Source of the DNA: Mobula hypostoma
Taxonomy: Eukaryota
NCBI RefSeq assembly: GCF_963921235.1
Contig: NC_086097.1
Coordinates: 233,184,001-233,248,000, forward strand
DNA length: 64,000 nt
Direction of reading: 5' to 3'
Below, one piece after another: positions 1 to 12,247 of this stretch. The first letter of the stretch is position 1, and the number at the start of each line of letters is the position of its first letter. A program made the translations under genes and the position numbers. The notes under the pieces were generated by a model that did not search any database, was not told where the DNA came from, and saw nothing but the letters and a program-made list of their open reading frames with translations.

Positions 1-67
1 TTCCAATGAGTACAAGCCCAGTTCATCCAGTCTTTCTTCATATGAAAGACCTGCCATCCCAGGAATC
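1..67 (-). mobile_element. 5' end of a truncated CR1 LINE copy that continues left of the window; same young family as 745-1935 and 25280-27224
   Basis: Near-identical to 25685-25751 (gagtacaagcccagttcatccagtctttcttcatatgaaagacctgccatcccaggaatc). Confidence 0.85.
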
Positions 68-387
68 GGTATAAGAGGTGAAACGTTAGATATACACAAG
101 CTCACAGGCTGATTAAGTTGCCTCTAGCAGAATTTCACTGCAACATTTCAGAACAGTAATATTGAAGCTTCAAAGAGTTATACCATTTCTACTTTTAACC
201 TCCAGTTCTCAAAAACCAAAATGGAATTGTAATTTTAAAATATAATCATTTTAGTCAGCAAGATTCCAAATGAGTAAGAAAAGAAAATGCCTTTCCTTTA
301 GGAGTAGAAGCCACCAGAAGGGCACATGGATTAACTTTTTAGCTCCCCCTTGTAGCCAACTTGCAGCAAGAATGAATTTAACCCACA

Positions 388-617
388 TCATCATCATCAT
401 CATCAGGTGCCACGTCCAGTTTGAGCTTTGACTGCCATGGCCCACACACTCCTGTTTCGGGTCAAGTGGATCAATTCATTGGTATTCATTTCCAGTTCTC
501 TGGCTGCTGTCTCCATCGTCATTTGTCTTTGTCTTCCTCTTGCTTTCTGCCCTTCAATCTTTCCCATAATTACCGTGCATTCTAACTCCTCTTTCCTAAT
601 CACATGTCCAATGAATT
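388..617 (-). mobile_element. 5'-truncated RTE-clade LINE 3' end with (TGA)n tail
   Basis: ORF 403-603 encodes an RTE-type C-terminus (GKIEGQKARGRQR...RNRSVW). The (cat)n tail is at 386-404. A 16-bp direct repeat atgaatttaacccaca at 372-387 and 618-633 forms the TSD. Confidence 0.85.
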
Positions 618-744
618 ATGAATTTAACCCACACCAATCCAATAATAACTGCATTATTTATATTTATATTTGTGTTTCTTTTCTTTTTTAAATTGTGTTC
701 TTTATGCTTATTGTGCTTTATTAATGGTGCATTGGATTGATAAC

Positions 745-1935
745 TTTTGACAAGGTCCCACGCAGGAGATTAGTGTGCAAACTTAAAGCACACGGTATTG
801 GGGGTAAGGTATTGGTGTGGGTGGAGAATTGGTTAGCAGACAGGAAGCAAAGAGTGGGAATAAACGGGACCTTTTCAGAATGGCAGGCGGTGACTAGTGG
901 GGTACCGCAAGGCTCAGTGCTGGGACCCCAGTTGTTTACAATATATATTAATGACTTGGATGAGGGAATTAAATGCAGCATCTCCAAGTTTGCGGATGAC
1001 ACGAAGCTGGGTGGCAGTGTTAGCAGTGAGGAGGATGCTAAGAGGATGCAGGGTGACTTGGATAGGTTGGGTAAGTGGGCAAATTCATGGCAGATGCAAT
1101 TTAATGTGGATAAGTGTGAAGTTATCCACTTTGGTGGCAAAAATAGGAAAACAGATTATTATCTGAATGGTGGCCGATTAGGAAAAGGGGCGGTGCAACG
1201 AGACCTGGATGTTATTATACACCAGTCATTGAAAGTGGGCATGCAGGTACAGCAGGCGGTGAAAAAGACAAATGGTATGCTGGCATTTATAGTGAGAGGA
1301 TTCGAGTACAGGAGCAGGGAGGTACTACTGCAGTTGTACAAGGCCTTGGTGAGACCACACCTGGAGTATTGTGTGCAGTTTTGGTCCCCTAATCTGAGGA
1401 AAGACATCCTTGCCATAGAGGGAGTACAAAGAAGGTTCACCAGATTGATTCCTGGGATGGCAGGACTTTCATATGAAGAAAGACTGGATGAACTGGGCTT
1501 GTACTCGTTGGAATTTAGAAGATTGAGGGGGGATCTGATTGAAACGTATAAGATCCTAAAGGGATTGGACAGGCTAGATGCAGGAAGGTTGTTCCCAATG
1601 TTGGGGAAGTCCAGAACGAGGGGTCACAGTTTGAGGATAGAGGGGAAGCCTTTTAGGACCGAGATTAGGAAAAACTTCTACACACAGAGAGTGGTGAATC
1701 TGTGGAATTCTCTGCCACAGGAAACAGTTGAGGCCAGTTCATTGGCTATGTTTAAGAGGGAGTTAGATATGGCTCTTGTGGCTACAGGGGTCAGGGGGTA
1801 TGGAGGGAAGGCTGGGGCGGGGTTCTGAGTTGGATGATCAGCCATGATCATAATAAATGGCGGTACAGGCTCGAAGGGCCGAATGGCCTACTCCTGCACC
1901 TATTTTCTATGTTTCTATGTTTCTATGTTTCTATA
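745..1935 (+). mobile_element. Young 5'-truncated CR1 LINE (RT C-terminal half, open frame 737-1828)
   Basis: Motifs [25 protein letters not shown] and VNLWNSLP; (ttctatgt)n tail; probable TSD ataac at 740-744 and 1936-1940. Confidence 0.95.
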
Positions 1936-2011
1936 ATAACAGTCACTTCGTTCTCCTTCACACTTGTATACTGAAGAATGACAGTGAACTAACTTGAATC
2001 TTGAGCTTGAC

Positions 2012-2310
2012 CAACATAAGAACATAAGAATAGGAGCAAGAGTAGGCCATCTGATCCGGTGAGCCTGCTCCTCCATTCAATAAAATCTGGTCATGGACTC
2101 ATCTCCACCTACTTGCCTTCTCCCCATAGCCCTGAATTCCCCGACTATGTAAAAACCTACTCCAACCTTGTCTTAAATATATTTACTGAAGTAGCAGAGA
2201 ATTGGGCAGAGAATTCTACAGATTCCCCACTCTCTGGGAAAAGCAGTTCCTCTTCACCTCCGTCCTAAATCTACTCTCCCTAATCTTGAGGATATATCCC
2301 CTAGTTTTAG
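2012..2310 (-). mobile_element. CR1 LINE 3' fragment
   Basis: aacataagaacataagaataggagc tail plus degenerate CR1 3' sequence. Confidence 0.75.
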
Positions 2311-2589
2311 TCCAAGTTTTCTAAACTAGCAAAGTGTGAACAATCATGGGGCATTTAACTGAAGAGCTAAATCAGCCTGCAAACTGATGAAGGGTAGTTT
2401 CCAGGGCAACTGCAGAAACGGAAAATAATCTCCATGAACGGGGATGGGCTGCTTCAAGTGATGCTCTAGTATGCTGCATTCAGATTCAGAGTTCAAGAGA
2501 AATGGATAGCAGTTGAAACTGCACTTAAATGTTAAATGTTGAAGCTGTGTAAGGTTGTGCAAAGTTGTGTAAAGTAGAAAGAGTGTAAT

Positions 2590-2725
2590 CTGTCCTGCTG
2601 AAGTGTTTTAGCCCGAAACGTTGACTGTATTCTTTTCCATAAATGCTGCCTGGCCTGCTGAGTTCCTCCTGCATTTTGTGTGTGTTGTTTGGATTTCCAG
2701 CATCTGCAGATCTTCTCTTGTTTGT
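2590..2725 (+). mobile_element. Penelope-derived short repeat carrying a minimal hammerhead-ribozyme motif (2590-2627)
   Basis: ctgtc-CTGCTGA-agtgttttagccc-GAAAC-GTT-gactg, followed by the gctgcctggcctgctgagttcctc tail that recurs several times in the window. Confidence 0.7.
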
Positions 2726-2769
2726 AACCCTGCTGGGATGCTTCACTCCCAGATGAGCTAAAGGCTTTG

Positions 2770-4175
2770 AAAGGAAGAACAAAGGAAGAACCTGTGCAAA
2801 TGCCTGCAGCATCTGGTGACCCTGTGGGATTTGTTTCAGAGGCCGATGTCAGAGCACCTTTTAAGAAGGTGAACCCTCACGAGGCATCAGGCCCTGATGA
2901 CCTTTGCCAACAATTGGCAGGGGCATTCAGGGACCTCTTCAATTTCCCACTGCTATACTCAGAGGTACCCTCCTGCTTCAAGTGGGCATCAGTCACACCG
3001 TGCTCGATAAGAGCTTCTACAATTATTCCACAGTTGCACTCATATCTACTGTGATGAAGTGCTTGGACAGGTTGGTTATTGCTATGTACTGTAACTCCAA
3101 AACATAAAACTAACTGAAAGAAAAGCAAGGGACCCTGAGGGAAGTGTGTAAACTTTGTTTTTTCTTTAAGTGAGGCGCACACTTATGAGGTGGTGATAGG
3201 ATGACGTATGGCATTCACGTACTTTTACATATAATCCGCAATGCATTATGTAAAGAATGCTTAATCAAACAATATATTTACAATATTACTCAAATATTAC
3301 TGAAATATTAAATACACACTAGTCATGGCCAGAATTAATTCCATTCAAAGCAAGAACCTGACCTGCTACAATTTGCTGCCAACTCAATAGGTCTATAGCA
3401 GATGGAATCTCGCTGTTTCTTGACTTAAACCAAATCAACAACAGCAATACCTATGTCAAGCTGCCATTTATTGATTACAGCTCAGTGTTCACCATCAACC
3501 CCTCGGAACAACTCAACAAGCTTCAAAACCTGGGCTTCTATACCTCCCACTGCAAGTTAATCCTTGACTTCACCATCAGGAGACCACAGTCAGTGCAGGT
3601 TGGAAATAATATCTCTTCCTCTCTGACAACCAACACAAGTGCACCTGAAGGATGTGCACTTAGACCACTGCTCTACTCTCTCTACTCTCATGACTGTGGA
3701 GCTAGGCACAGTTCAAATACCATCGACAAATTCCCTGATGACACAACTATCAATGGCAGAATCTCAAATGGTGATGAGAAAGCGCACAGGACAGAGATAA
3801 TTTGGCCTCTCCATTATCGAGGGCATCTTCAAAGGATGGTGCCTTAAGAAGGGGGTAACCATCACTAAGGGGCCTCGCCATCCGAAGCATATTCTCATTA
3901 TTATCCTCAGGGAGGAGGATCAAGAGCCAGAAGACACACACTCACTGTTTTACAAACAGCTTCTTCCCCTCTGCCATCAGATTTCTGAACAGACCATGAA
4001 CACATGAACATTTCATATTTTGCTCTCTTTTTCCAATGCTATTTTTTATTTTTAATTTTTAAAATATTTATTATTGTAGCCTATCATAACTTCTAAAATG
4101 TACTTTACTGTACTGCTGCCGCTAAACAACAAATTTCATGGCCTACATTAGAGAAAACAAAACTGATTCTGATTT
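2770..4175 (+). mobile_element. Degraded Rex1/Babar-type LINE, interrupted by a solo LTR
   Basis: Broken frames KKVNPHEASGPD, VALISTVMKCLDRLV, APEGCALRPLLYSLYSHDC, KFPDDTT; (gattct)n tail near 4164-4173. Confidence 0.8.
3080..3321 (-). mobile_element. Probable solo LTR (~242 bp)
   Basis: Non-coding insert with TG...TA termini. It is flanked by gttat/gtcat (3075-3079, 3322-3326) and splits the Rex1 frame at RLV|MARI. Strand tentative. Confidence 0.55.
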
Positions 4176-4744
4176 TGTAGTATTGAACATAATATAATTA
4201 CCAGTAGTAATATAGCATATTGCACATTATATTATATACAGTGTTTATATTTATATTATTTTGTTCATAGTGTATATTCAGTTTCAATAAATTTTTAAGA
4301 ATTTGGGGCGTGTGCTGCTGTTCTTTTGAGGGTTAATTTTTCTTATTTTACCTGGAGTGGTTCAAACTGAGCTTAGAGGATTGGTGCAAGAGACAACTAC
4401 TCTCTTTCAAATACTTGGCATTTCCAGCTGCTCCTGTCTTACATTAAAAAATGGCTTCCGATTTTAATTTTCCAGCAATTTCTTTTCACATTTACATTTT
4501 CCTGAAAGTCTGTCATGAATAACTTACAGTTGCTAACAACTGTGGAAATTAAAACAGCTATTAATACATTTACCATTAATACATTAATATATCCATTTAA
4601 AATTATGAAGCTTTACAAAGCATCTTGTCATTGGTCTATAATAGTTACCCTGTTGCTTTATAGATGCTGATCAGTTTATAGCGTCATCTTAAAGTAATTC
4701 AAATGCAGCTGTAGGAAAGGGAGAATCCACATTATAATATGCAG

Positions 4745-5010
4745 GGATGGCGGGGTGGTGTAATGTCCAGCATAACCAGTGATCTGGGTTCAATGCCCAC
4801 TGTCTGGAAGGAAATTGTACATTCTCCCCATGATTGCATGGTTCTGCCCAGGTGTTCCTTTTTCCTCCCACATGTACGTGTTAGTAAGTTGTCAGTGTGC
4901 TATGTTGCTGCCAAAAGCCTGGCGACATTTGCAGGCTGCCCCCAGCACACCTCCAGACCGTGTTGGTCGTTGATGCATGCCATGCATTTCAAAGTACGTT
5001 TTGATGAAAA
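4745..5010 (+). mobile_element. SINE; related copies near 11290-11460, 14180-14490, 15030-15180, 33600-33800(-), 35720-36040(-), 40420-40730 and 49900-50160(-)
   Basis: B-box-like ggttcaatgccc followed by the shared core ttctcccc-tgac-gc-tgggtttcctcc-g-tgctc-ggtttcctccca. Confidence 0.65.
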
Positions 5011-5024
5011 GATTAAGGGGAACA

Positions 5025-5930
5025 TGAATCTGAGTCAGGTTTAATACCACCAGCATATGTCAATGTTAACTCCACGGCAGCAGCACAATGATAATGTAGA
5101 AACAAAACAGAATTACAGTATGTATATATAAATTAAATAGTTAAATTAAATAAGTAATATAAAAAATAAATAAAGTAGTGAGGTAGTTTTCATGGGTTCA
5201 ATGTCCATTCAGAAATTGGATGGCAAAGGGGAAGAAGCTGTTCCTGACTTATTAAGTATGTGCTTTCTGGCTTCTGTATCTCCTTCCTGATGGTAGAAAT
5301 GAGATGAATTGAATTGAATTGACTTTATTACTTACATCCTTCATATACATGAGGAGTAAAAATCTTTATGTTACGTCTCTGTCTAAATGTGCAATGTGAA
5401 ATTTATAGTAATTTATAATAAATAGTATGTACAACAGGGCAGTCAATATGACATAGAAATACAGTTGTGTCACCATGAGTTAAGCAGTCTGATGGGCTGG
5501 TGGAAGAAGCTGTCCTGGAGTCCGTTGGTCCTGGCTTTTATGCTGCGGTAATGTTTCCCGGATGGGAGCAGCTGGAACAGTTTGTGGTTGGGGTGACTTG
5601 GGTCCCCAGTGATCCTTTGGGCCCTTTTTACACAGCTATCTCTGTAAATGTCCTGAATAGTGGGTAGATGATAGGGGCCGTTAAAAATGGATGCTGTCTT
5701 TTTGAGGCACTGCTCCTTGAAGTTGTCCTGGATACTACAGAGGCTAGTGCCCATGATGGAGCTGACTAATTTTTCAACTCTCTGCAGCTTACTTCGATCC
5801 TGTACCTACCAGACAGTGATGCAGCCAGTCAGAATACTCTTCACAGTACATCTGTAGAAATTTTTGGGTGTTCTAGGTGACGCACCAAATCTTCTCATAC
5901 TCCTAATGGAATATAGCTGCTGGCTTGCCT
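5025..5930 (-). mobile_element. Rex1/Babar-type LINE 3' fragment containing a younger nested Rex1-type 3' fragment (5308-5665)
   Basis: Minus-strand DPSHPNHKLFQLLPSGKHYRSIKART. The inner copy has an (aattg)n tail and TSD agatga at 5302-5307 and 5666-5671. Confidence 0.75.
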
Positions 5931-5934
5931 TCTG

Positions 5935-6175
5935 GGTGAAGGGGGAAATTCTTCACTCAGAGGGTGGTGAGTGTATGGAAAAAGCTGACAGTGCAAGTGG
6001 TGTATGTGGGGTTGATTTCAATATTTAAAAGAAATTTTAGATGGGTATATGGATGAGTTGGATAAGGAGGACTATAGTCCGGGAGCAGCTCGATGGGTCA
6101 AGGCAGATCAGTGGTTCAGCACAAACCAGATGGGCTGAAGGGCACATTTCTGTGCTGTAGTGTACTAAGACTTTA
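5935..6175 (+). mobile_element. CR1 3' fragment
   Basis: ttcttcactcagagggtggtgag...gatgggctgaagggc...ttctgtgctgta CR1 3' signature. Confidence 0.65.
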
Positions 6176-7239
6176 TGGTGTAAGGGAGACTCATAAGGCT
6201 AATCTTTAAAAGGTATGTTTTGCAAATTTACTTTTTCCTTACTACTCCTGTAGCTGTCTGGTTTTGCTGGTGCATAGATTGGAGAGTAAGCCATCAGGCA
6301 ACCTTGTCCAAGCAGATGGTCTTTAGAAACAAAGAATGCAGTTTTGCATTTCACCTCACCGTCAAAGTTCAAAGTACAAAGTACATTTATTACCAAAGTA
6401 TGTATTCATTGTACCACCATGAAATTCATCTCCTAACAGGCAGCCACGAAACAAAGAAACTCAAAAATAAAGAGAAGATTGTGCAGAGAGAAAATCGAAT
6501 CGTGCAAACAATAAACTCAAGCAAATAACATTCTGAACTGACGTCCACAAAGACAGACTTATCCACAGACTTTTGATCATCACAGAGCGGAGCAGTGATG
6601 TGAACTGGCCTGTCCCTCACCATGGGCCTCGACACCCTGACCTTTTCAATCTGGCCCAGCGCTTAATCGCTTCTGTGCACTTTGGGACCTGGAGCATACT
6701 GCCTCGAGTTAGACTGTAACAGACCTTTCCAATTCAACCCGGTGCTTAATTGATTGAACCACAGGTCTTCCTCGCTCTCGGCCAAGAGCCTGCTGCCTCA
6801 TTCACCTTGGTTCTACCTCACTGAGTTGCTTCCAAGTCCAAAGGGAAGTCACAGACTATTGCTTACTATGATTGTTTGCTGGAGAAAGAGTGATTAAGAA
6901 AGCATGATTTCAAAGTATCGGGGACTAGCTAATCCCACTCACCTAACATCATCTACATGTACCTGCTGGATAGCAGCCTGAAGCTCTGGGTGGTTAATTT
7001 TTAATCTCACCATTCTAGCTCAGATTGGGTTACAGCAGAGATGGAGATTTGTCCACTGTCATTTGTTACAAAGCTGAAAATAGCTAACAAATACTTCCCA
7101 ATAAGAAGATGCATTATGTTTAATGGTTCGAAATGATAAAAAAGACAGGAAATGGAATCACTTCATCATTATCATTTCAGAGGATCTGTACTGGGTCCAT
7201 TAATGGCACTACTTTGTAAGTGCCATTACCAAGAAGGTA

Positions 7240-7900
7240 TGTTAGTGCCTCTCCTTTTTTTAAAAGTTTTAAAATATTCAGCATGTCATCTAGACTTTGA
7301 CGAACTTCTATAGATACATGGTGGAGAGTATACTGACAGGTTGTAACATGGCCTGGTATGGAGGAATGCTCAAGAATGGAAAAGGCTATAAAACGTAGTG
7401 GATACAGCCCAGTCCATCGGAGATAAAGCCCTCCCACTATCAACCACCTCTACAAGGAGCACTGTCATAGGAAAGCAGCATCCATCATCAAGGATCCCCA
7501 CCACCCAGGCCATGCTGTCTTCTCACTGCTGCCAATAAGAAGGAGGGACAGGAGCCTTTGGTCTCTCACTGCTAGACTCATCAACAGTTATTACCCCTCA
7601 ACCATCAGGCTCCTGAACCAAAGTGGATAACTGCATTCACCCCAACGCTGAACTGATTCCACAACCTATGGACTCATTTTCAAGGACTCTACAACTCATG
7701 TTCTCAATATTTATTATCTATTATTATTATTTGTTGTTTTTTTTTGGTATTTGCACAATTTGTTATCTTTTGCACATCGGTTGTTTGCCCGCCTTTGTGT
7801 GCAGTTTTTCATTGATGTTATCGTGTTTCTTTGTATTTACTGTGAAAGCCCGCAAGTAAATGAATCTCAGGGTGACAGATGGTGGCATATATGTACTTTT
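7240..7900 (+). mobile_element. Rex1/Babar-type LINE 3' fragment
   Basis: gtggagagtatactgacaggttg...aaagcagcatccatcatcaaggatccccaccacccaggccatgct, shared with 41455-41920 and 51015-51625. Confidence 0.75.
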
Positions 7901-9159
7901 GGATGCATCTCTACCAAAGGAAGTGTAGGGCGCTCTTTCCCTCCATTAACCTGAAGGTCACCCCTGGGCAAGTTGTAGCACCTGCTTAGATTCCCCTCAT
8001 CCGATCAAGGTCACGCAAAGTCATGGGAGCAGGTGGTGGATGGCCATATGAACGGCTGGCGCATATCACAAGTCCTGGTTCTGCGACTATTGACGCAGAG
8101 AAGACTGTCTCTGAGGAGTTTTGATAATGACTGAGATCACCTGTCTATAGAGGTTTGTCAAAGTTTAGATGACATGCCGAATATTTAGAAACTTCTAGAA
8201 GTGGCTGCAGCCTCCCTGCTCAGCATGACTGAGCTTTGCCCCTGGACCCAGTGCTGAGCTGAGCAGTGGATCAGGAATCAGATACGCCATCCGCTTATGT
8301 CCAGTTTGCTCCTGATTTCTACATTGCAATGTGTGAGAGTGGAAACAGGGGACAACTCTGCCATGCTCACTGTAGATAGCTGGTAGTCTCTCCCAAACCA
8401 CCAACTAGGAGTCAGCACAATCCAGACCATAACTACTTAGGTAATTTTGTATGCGTTTCATAATTTAGATCTCTGCTATAAAATGACAGATTCAAAAGCA
8501 TTTATTTGCCAATTAATTTAATGAATAAGTAGCGCATACTCAATGGGAAAGTCACAGCAAAAATATTCTACAAATTCACCATCTGAGTGAAGGCATCATT
8601 CACTAAGATTTCATATCTGATATATGATTATGGGGCCCTCCAGGAATTTCCATATGTTGAAATTAATAAAATTAACAGACAGGAACTCCTTTGAGTCACA
8701 CAGAGTTCCATCTTCACATTCTTGGATAATTGGTCCCAATGGATAAGGAACTGCAGAAGGAGATATAACATAAAATATATCCTATTAGCTCATTTCAGCT
8801 CTTGTAATTCTGTGTTGTAAGACACATTTCTTCTAGACTTGAAGATCTCTCGTGAATTTATTTTTCCTTTCCCTGAAGTATTTGGCTTCATTACTTCCTG
8901 ATTTTATGGTGACATTTCAGATTCTTTTCTGAATTTTTATACATTATTGTTCTTCTCTGGTAAGATTTATATAAATTATTACAAACTGCCTATGAACTAT
9001 TTTAAGAGCCATACCCTATGGATCAAGCAGACTGTTTAGTTTTATATTTTCTAACATTCCCTGGAAGCTGGGTTGAATTCATTATCTAATTAAGAAGGGA
9101 GTTGACATTTTATTTCTGATTTTAGATGAATTTAGAAGGCTGAGGATTTATTAGCCATT

Positions 9160-10850
9160 GGTCAAACCATGCTTGGAGTTTTGTGAGAAGTTTTGGGCTT
9201 TAGGAAGTTTAAGAAAGGATGGGCTGGCAATGGTGAGCGCCAAGAGGAGGTTCTATGAGAATGATCCCAGAAATGAAAGGGTTAACGTATGAGGAGTGTT
9301 TGAGAGCCATACTCACTCTGTCTAGGCCTTTCAATATCCAATAGGTTTCAATGAGATTGTCCCTCATTTTTTTTAAACTCCAGCAAGTACAGCAACACCA
9401 TCTGCCCTGCTCTGCTGGGGGAGAAGCTGACAGCGATGCAGGTGGATGCTTTCCTGGTGTCATGAATTCTTGATTACCTGACTGGCAGACCACAGTACAT
9501 GTGCTTGCAACACTGTGTGTCCGACTGAGTGATCAGCAGCACTGGGGCTCCACAGGAGACTGTCTTGTCTCCCTTTCTCTTCACCATTTACACCTCGGAC
9601 TTCAACTACTGCACAGAGTCTTGTCATCTTCAGAAGTTTTCTGATGACTCTGCCATAGTTGGATGCATCAGCAAGGGAGATGAGGCTGAGTACAGGGCTA
9701 TGGTGGGAAACTTTGTCACATGGTGTGAGCAGAATTATCTGCAGCTTAATGTGAAAAAGACTAAGGAGCTGGTGGTAGACCTGAGGAGAGCTAAGGTACC
9801 GCTGACCCTTGTTTCCATCCAGGGGGTCAGTGTGAACATGGTGGAGGATTACAAATACCTGAGGACACGAATTGACAATAAACTGGACTGGTCAAAGAAC
9901 ACTGAGGCTGTCTACAAGAAGGGTCAGAGCCATCTCTATTTCCTGAGGAGACTGAGGTCCTTTAACAATTGCCAGATGATGCTGAGGATGTTCTACGAGT
10001 CTGTGGTGGCTAGTGCTATCATGTTTGCTGTTGTGTGCTGGGGCAGCAGGCTGAGGGTAGCAGACACCAACAGAATCAACAAACTCATTCGTAAGGCCAG
10101 TGATGTTGTGGGAATTAGAACTGGACTCTCTGACGGTGGTGTCTGAAAAGAGGATGCTGTCTAAGTTGCATGCCATCTTGGACAATGTCTCCCGTCCACT
10201 ACATGATGTACTGGTTGGGCACAGGAGTACATTCAGCCAGAGACTCATTCCACCGAGATGCAACGCAGAGCGTCATAGGAAGTCATTCCTGCCTGTGGCC
10301 ATCAAACTTTACAACTCCTCCCTTGGAGGGTCTGACACCCTGAGCCAATAGGCTGGTCCTGGACTTATTTCCTGGCATAATTTACGTATTACTATTTAAC
10401 TATTTATGGTTTTATTACTATTTAATTATTTATGGTGCAACTGTAACAAAAAACAATTTCCCCTGGGATCAATAAAGTATGACTATGAACTATGAACTAT
10501 GAAGTACAAGCCCAGAGCCATCAAACACTCGGGGGAGAGTCTAGGACCTAAGGCCACAGCCTCAGAATAGAGGGACACCCCTTTAGGTCAGAGAGGGAGA
10601 GAAATTTCTTCAGCCACAGGATGGTGAATCTACGGAATTAATTGCCACTGATGGCCATGAAGGCCAAGTGACTGGGTATAGTTAAAGCAGAGGCTGATCA
10701 TTTCTTGATTCCTAAGGATATCAAATGTTAAGGGGAGAGAACAGGAGAATTGTGTTGAGAGGGATAATAAATCAGCATGATAGAATGGCAGAGCAGATTC
10801 CGTGGGCCGAAGAGACTGATTCTGCTCCCATGCTGTATGGTTTTATGGAT
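9160..10850 (+). mobile_element. Old CR1 3' fragment with an internal inversion (9304-10520) and a nested Rex1 insertion
   Basis: Plus-strand CR1 at 9160-9303, minus-strand CR1 at 9304-9391 and 10502-10530, plus-strand CR1 resuming at 10531. Confidence 0.75.
9392..10501 (+). mobile_element. Young 5'-truncated Rex1/Babar-type LINE (RT C-terminus, ORFs 9529-10146 and 10100-10351)
   Basis: GAPQETVLSPFLFTIYTSD, KFSDDSA, LNVKKTKELVVD; (actatga)n tail; TSD aagtaca at 9385-9391 and 10502-10508. Confidence 0.9.
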
Positions 10851-10879
10851 TTATGAATTTAAAACATTAAATTAAGTTT

Positions 10880-11022
10880 TCTCCAGCAAGTCCATGCCCA
10901 GAGCCATCAAACACTCCCCATACATCAACCCTTTCATTTCTGGGATCATTCTCATTGAACCTGCTCTTGACACTCTCCAATGCTAGAATATCCTTTCTTA
11001 AATAAGGGGGCCCAAAACTGCT
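10880..11022 (-). mobile_element. CR1 internal fragment
   Basis: Homologous to 9180-9300 and 10502-10530 (cccagagccatcaaacactc...ggcccaaaactgctc). Confidence 0.7.
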
Positions 11023-11464
11023 CGGCACATTAAATCAAGCATCAACTGTTAGAAGTTATAACTGGACAGTTACATAGCAGTGGTATAAACAGACAGATCC
11101 TGGGAAGATGTTTTAATGCATTTGAGTTATTTTAATAATTTGTGGAAAATTGTAGATTATTAACACTTTATTGTGTTCTTTCCAGTATGCATATTTTATT
11201 AAAGTATTGATAAACCCATTATGCCCTTTTCAATATTGATCATCAGGCTTTGCCCGAGGTACTCGTTCAATGTAATATTTGTATATAATGGCAGCAGAGG
11301 TGGTGCAACAGTTGATGCTGCTGTCACACAGCTCCAATGCCCTGTGTTCGATCCTGGGTGTTGTGCAAACTCTGCACAGACATCCTCCCTGTGACTGGGT
11401 GGGTTACCCCTCAGAGTTGCTTGGTTTCCACTCACGTCCCAAAGATGTGATGGCTTATTAGTTC

Positions 11465-11852
11465 ATTCGCTCATTCTGTGCTGTGCTGTATGATGCGGGC
11501 GATCATAGTCTTTGACCATGATTGTCCTTGACGAGTTTTTCCATTGAAGCGGTTTGCCATTGACTTCTCCTGGGCAGTGCTTTTACAAAATGGGTAACCC
11601 CAGCCATCATCAATATTCTTCAGAGATTGTCTGCCTGGCATCTGTGGTCGCAAAACTAGGACTTGCGATATGCACCAGCAACTCATAAGACCATCCACCA
11701 CCTGCTCCCATGGTTTCATGTGACTCTGATCGGAGTAGGGAGATTGGGGCTAAGCAGGTGCTGCACCTTGCCCAAGGGTGACTTGCTGGCCGGCGAAGGG
11801 AAGGAGCATCTTACACCTCCTTTGGCAGAGATGTATCTCCACCCCACCACCC
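11465..11852 (-). mobile_element. Short interspersed repeat; second copy at ~7900-8150 (+)
   Basis: Shared sequence catctct.ccaaagga.gtgta....gctc.ttccct...gtcaccc.tgggcaag.tg.agcacctgcttag in both copies. Confidence 0.65.
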
Positions 11853-12247
11853 TAAGTAATAATTAGCTCCAATAAATTATCTCTCAGCATAAGGGGTTGG
11901 CAGGACAATTGGGTGAAGTGCATGTAGTAACTGAGGGTGGATTACAGCAAAATAAATGGGCAAGTGGGATTACTGGGACTCCACTAGCAGCGAGCATAGA
12001 CTCAATGTCCACTGGCTGTCCACCCATGTTGTGGGCAGATATGAGAAAAATACCCTGGTGATTGTAAAATCTTATGCCGCAGCAAATGGCTCAGAATGCC
12101 CCCATCACCCAGGACATGCTCTCATTTTATTTCTACCAACCGAGAGAAGGTACAGGAGCCAAAAACATGCACTCAATGTTTTAGGACCAGCCTCTTCCCC
12201 TCCACCATCAGTAAACCCACCCATGAACACTACTTCACTATTTTCGC

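Noticed and set aside
721..1440. Antisense and alternate-frame ORFs over CR1 copies (also 25758-26462, 56370-56996)
   Set aside because: They are shadows of LINE RT coding sequence, repeated with the element, and not independent genes.
2375..2425. CTGATGA...GAAAC resembling a hammerhead core
   Set aside because: No compatible UH cleavage triplet or stem I/III pairing could be found.
11740..11852. Possible HDV-like ribozyme at the 5' end of a short interspersed repeat
   Set aside because: I could not build a convincing nested double pseudoknot by eye; this needs a descriptor search.
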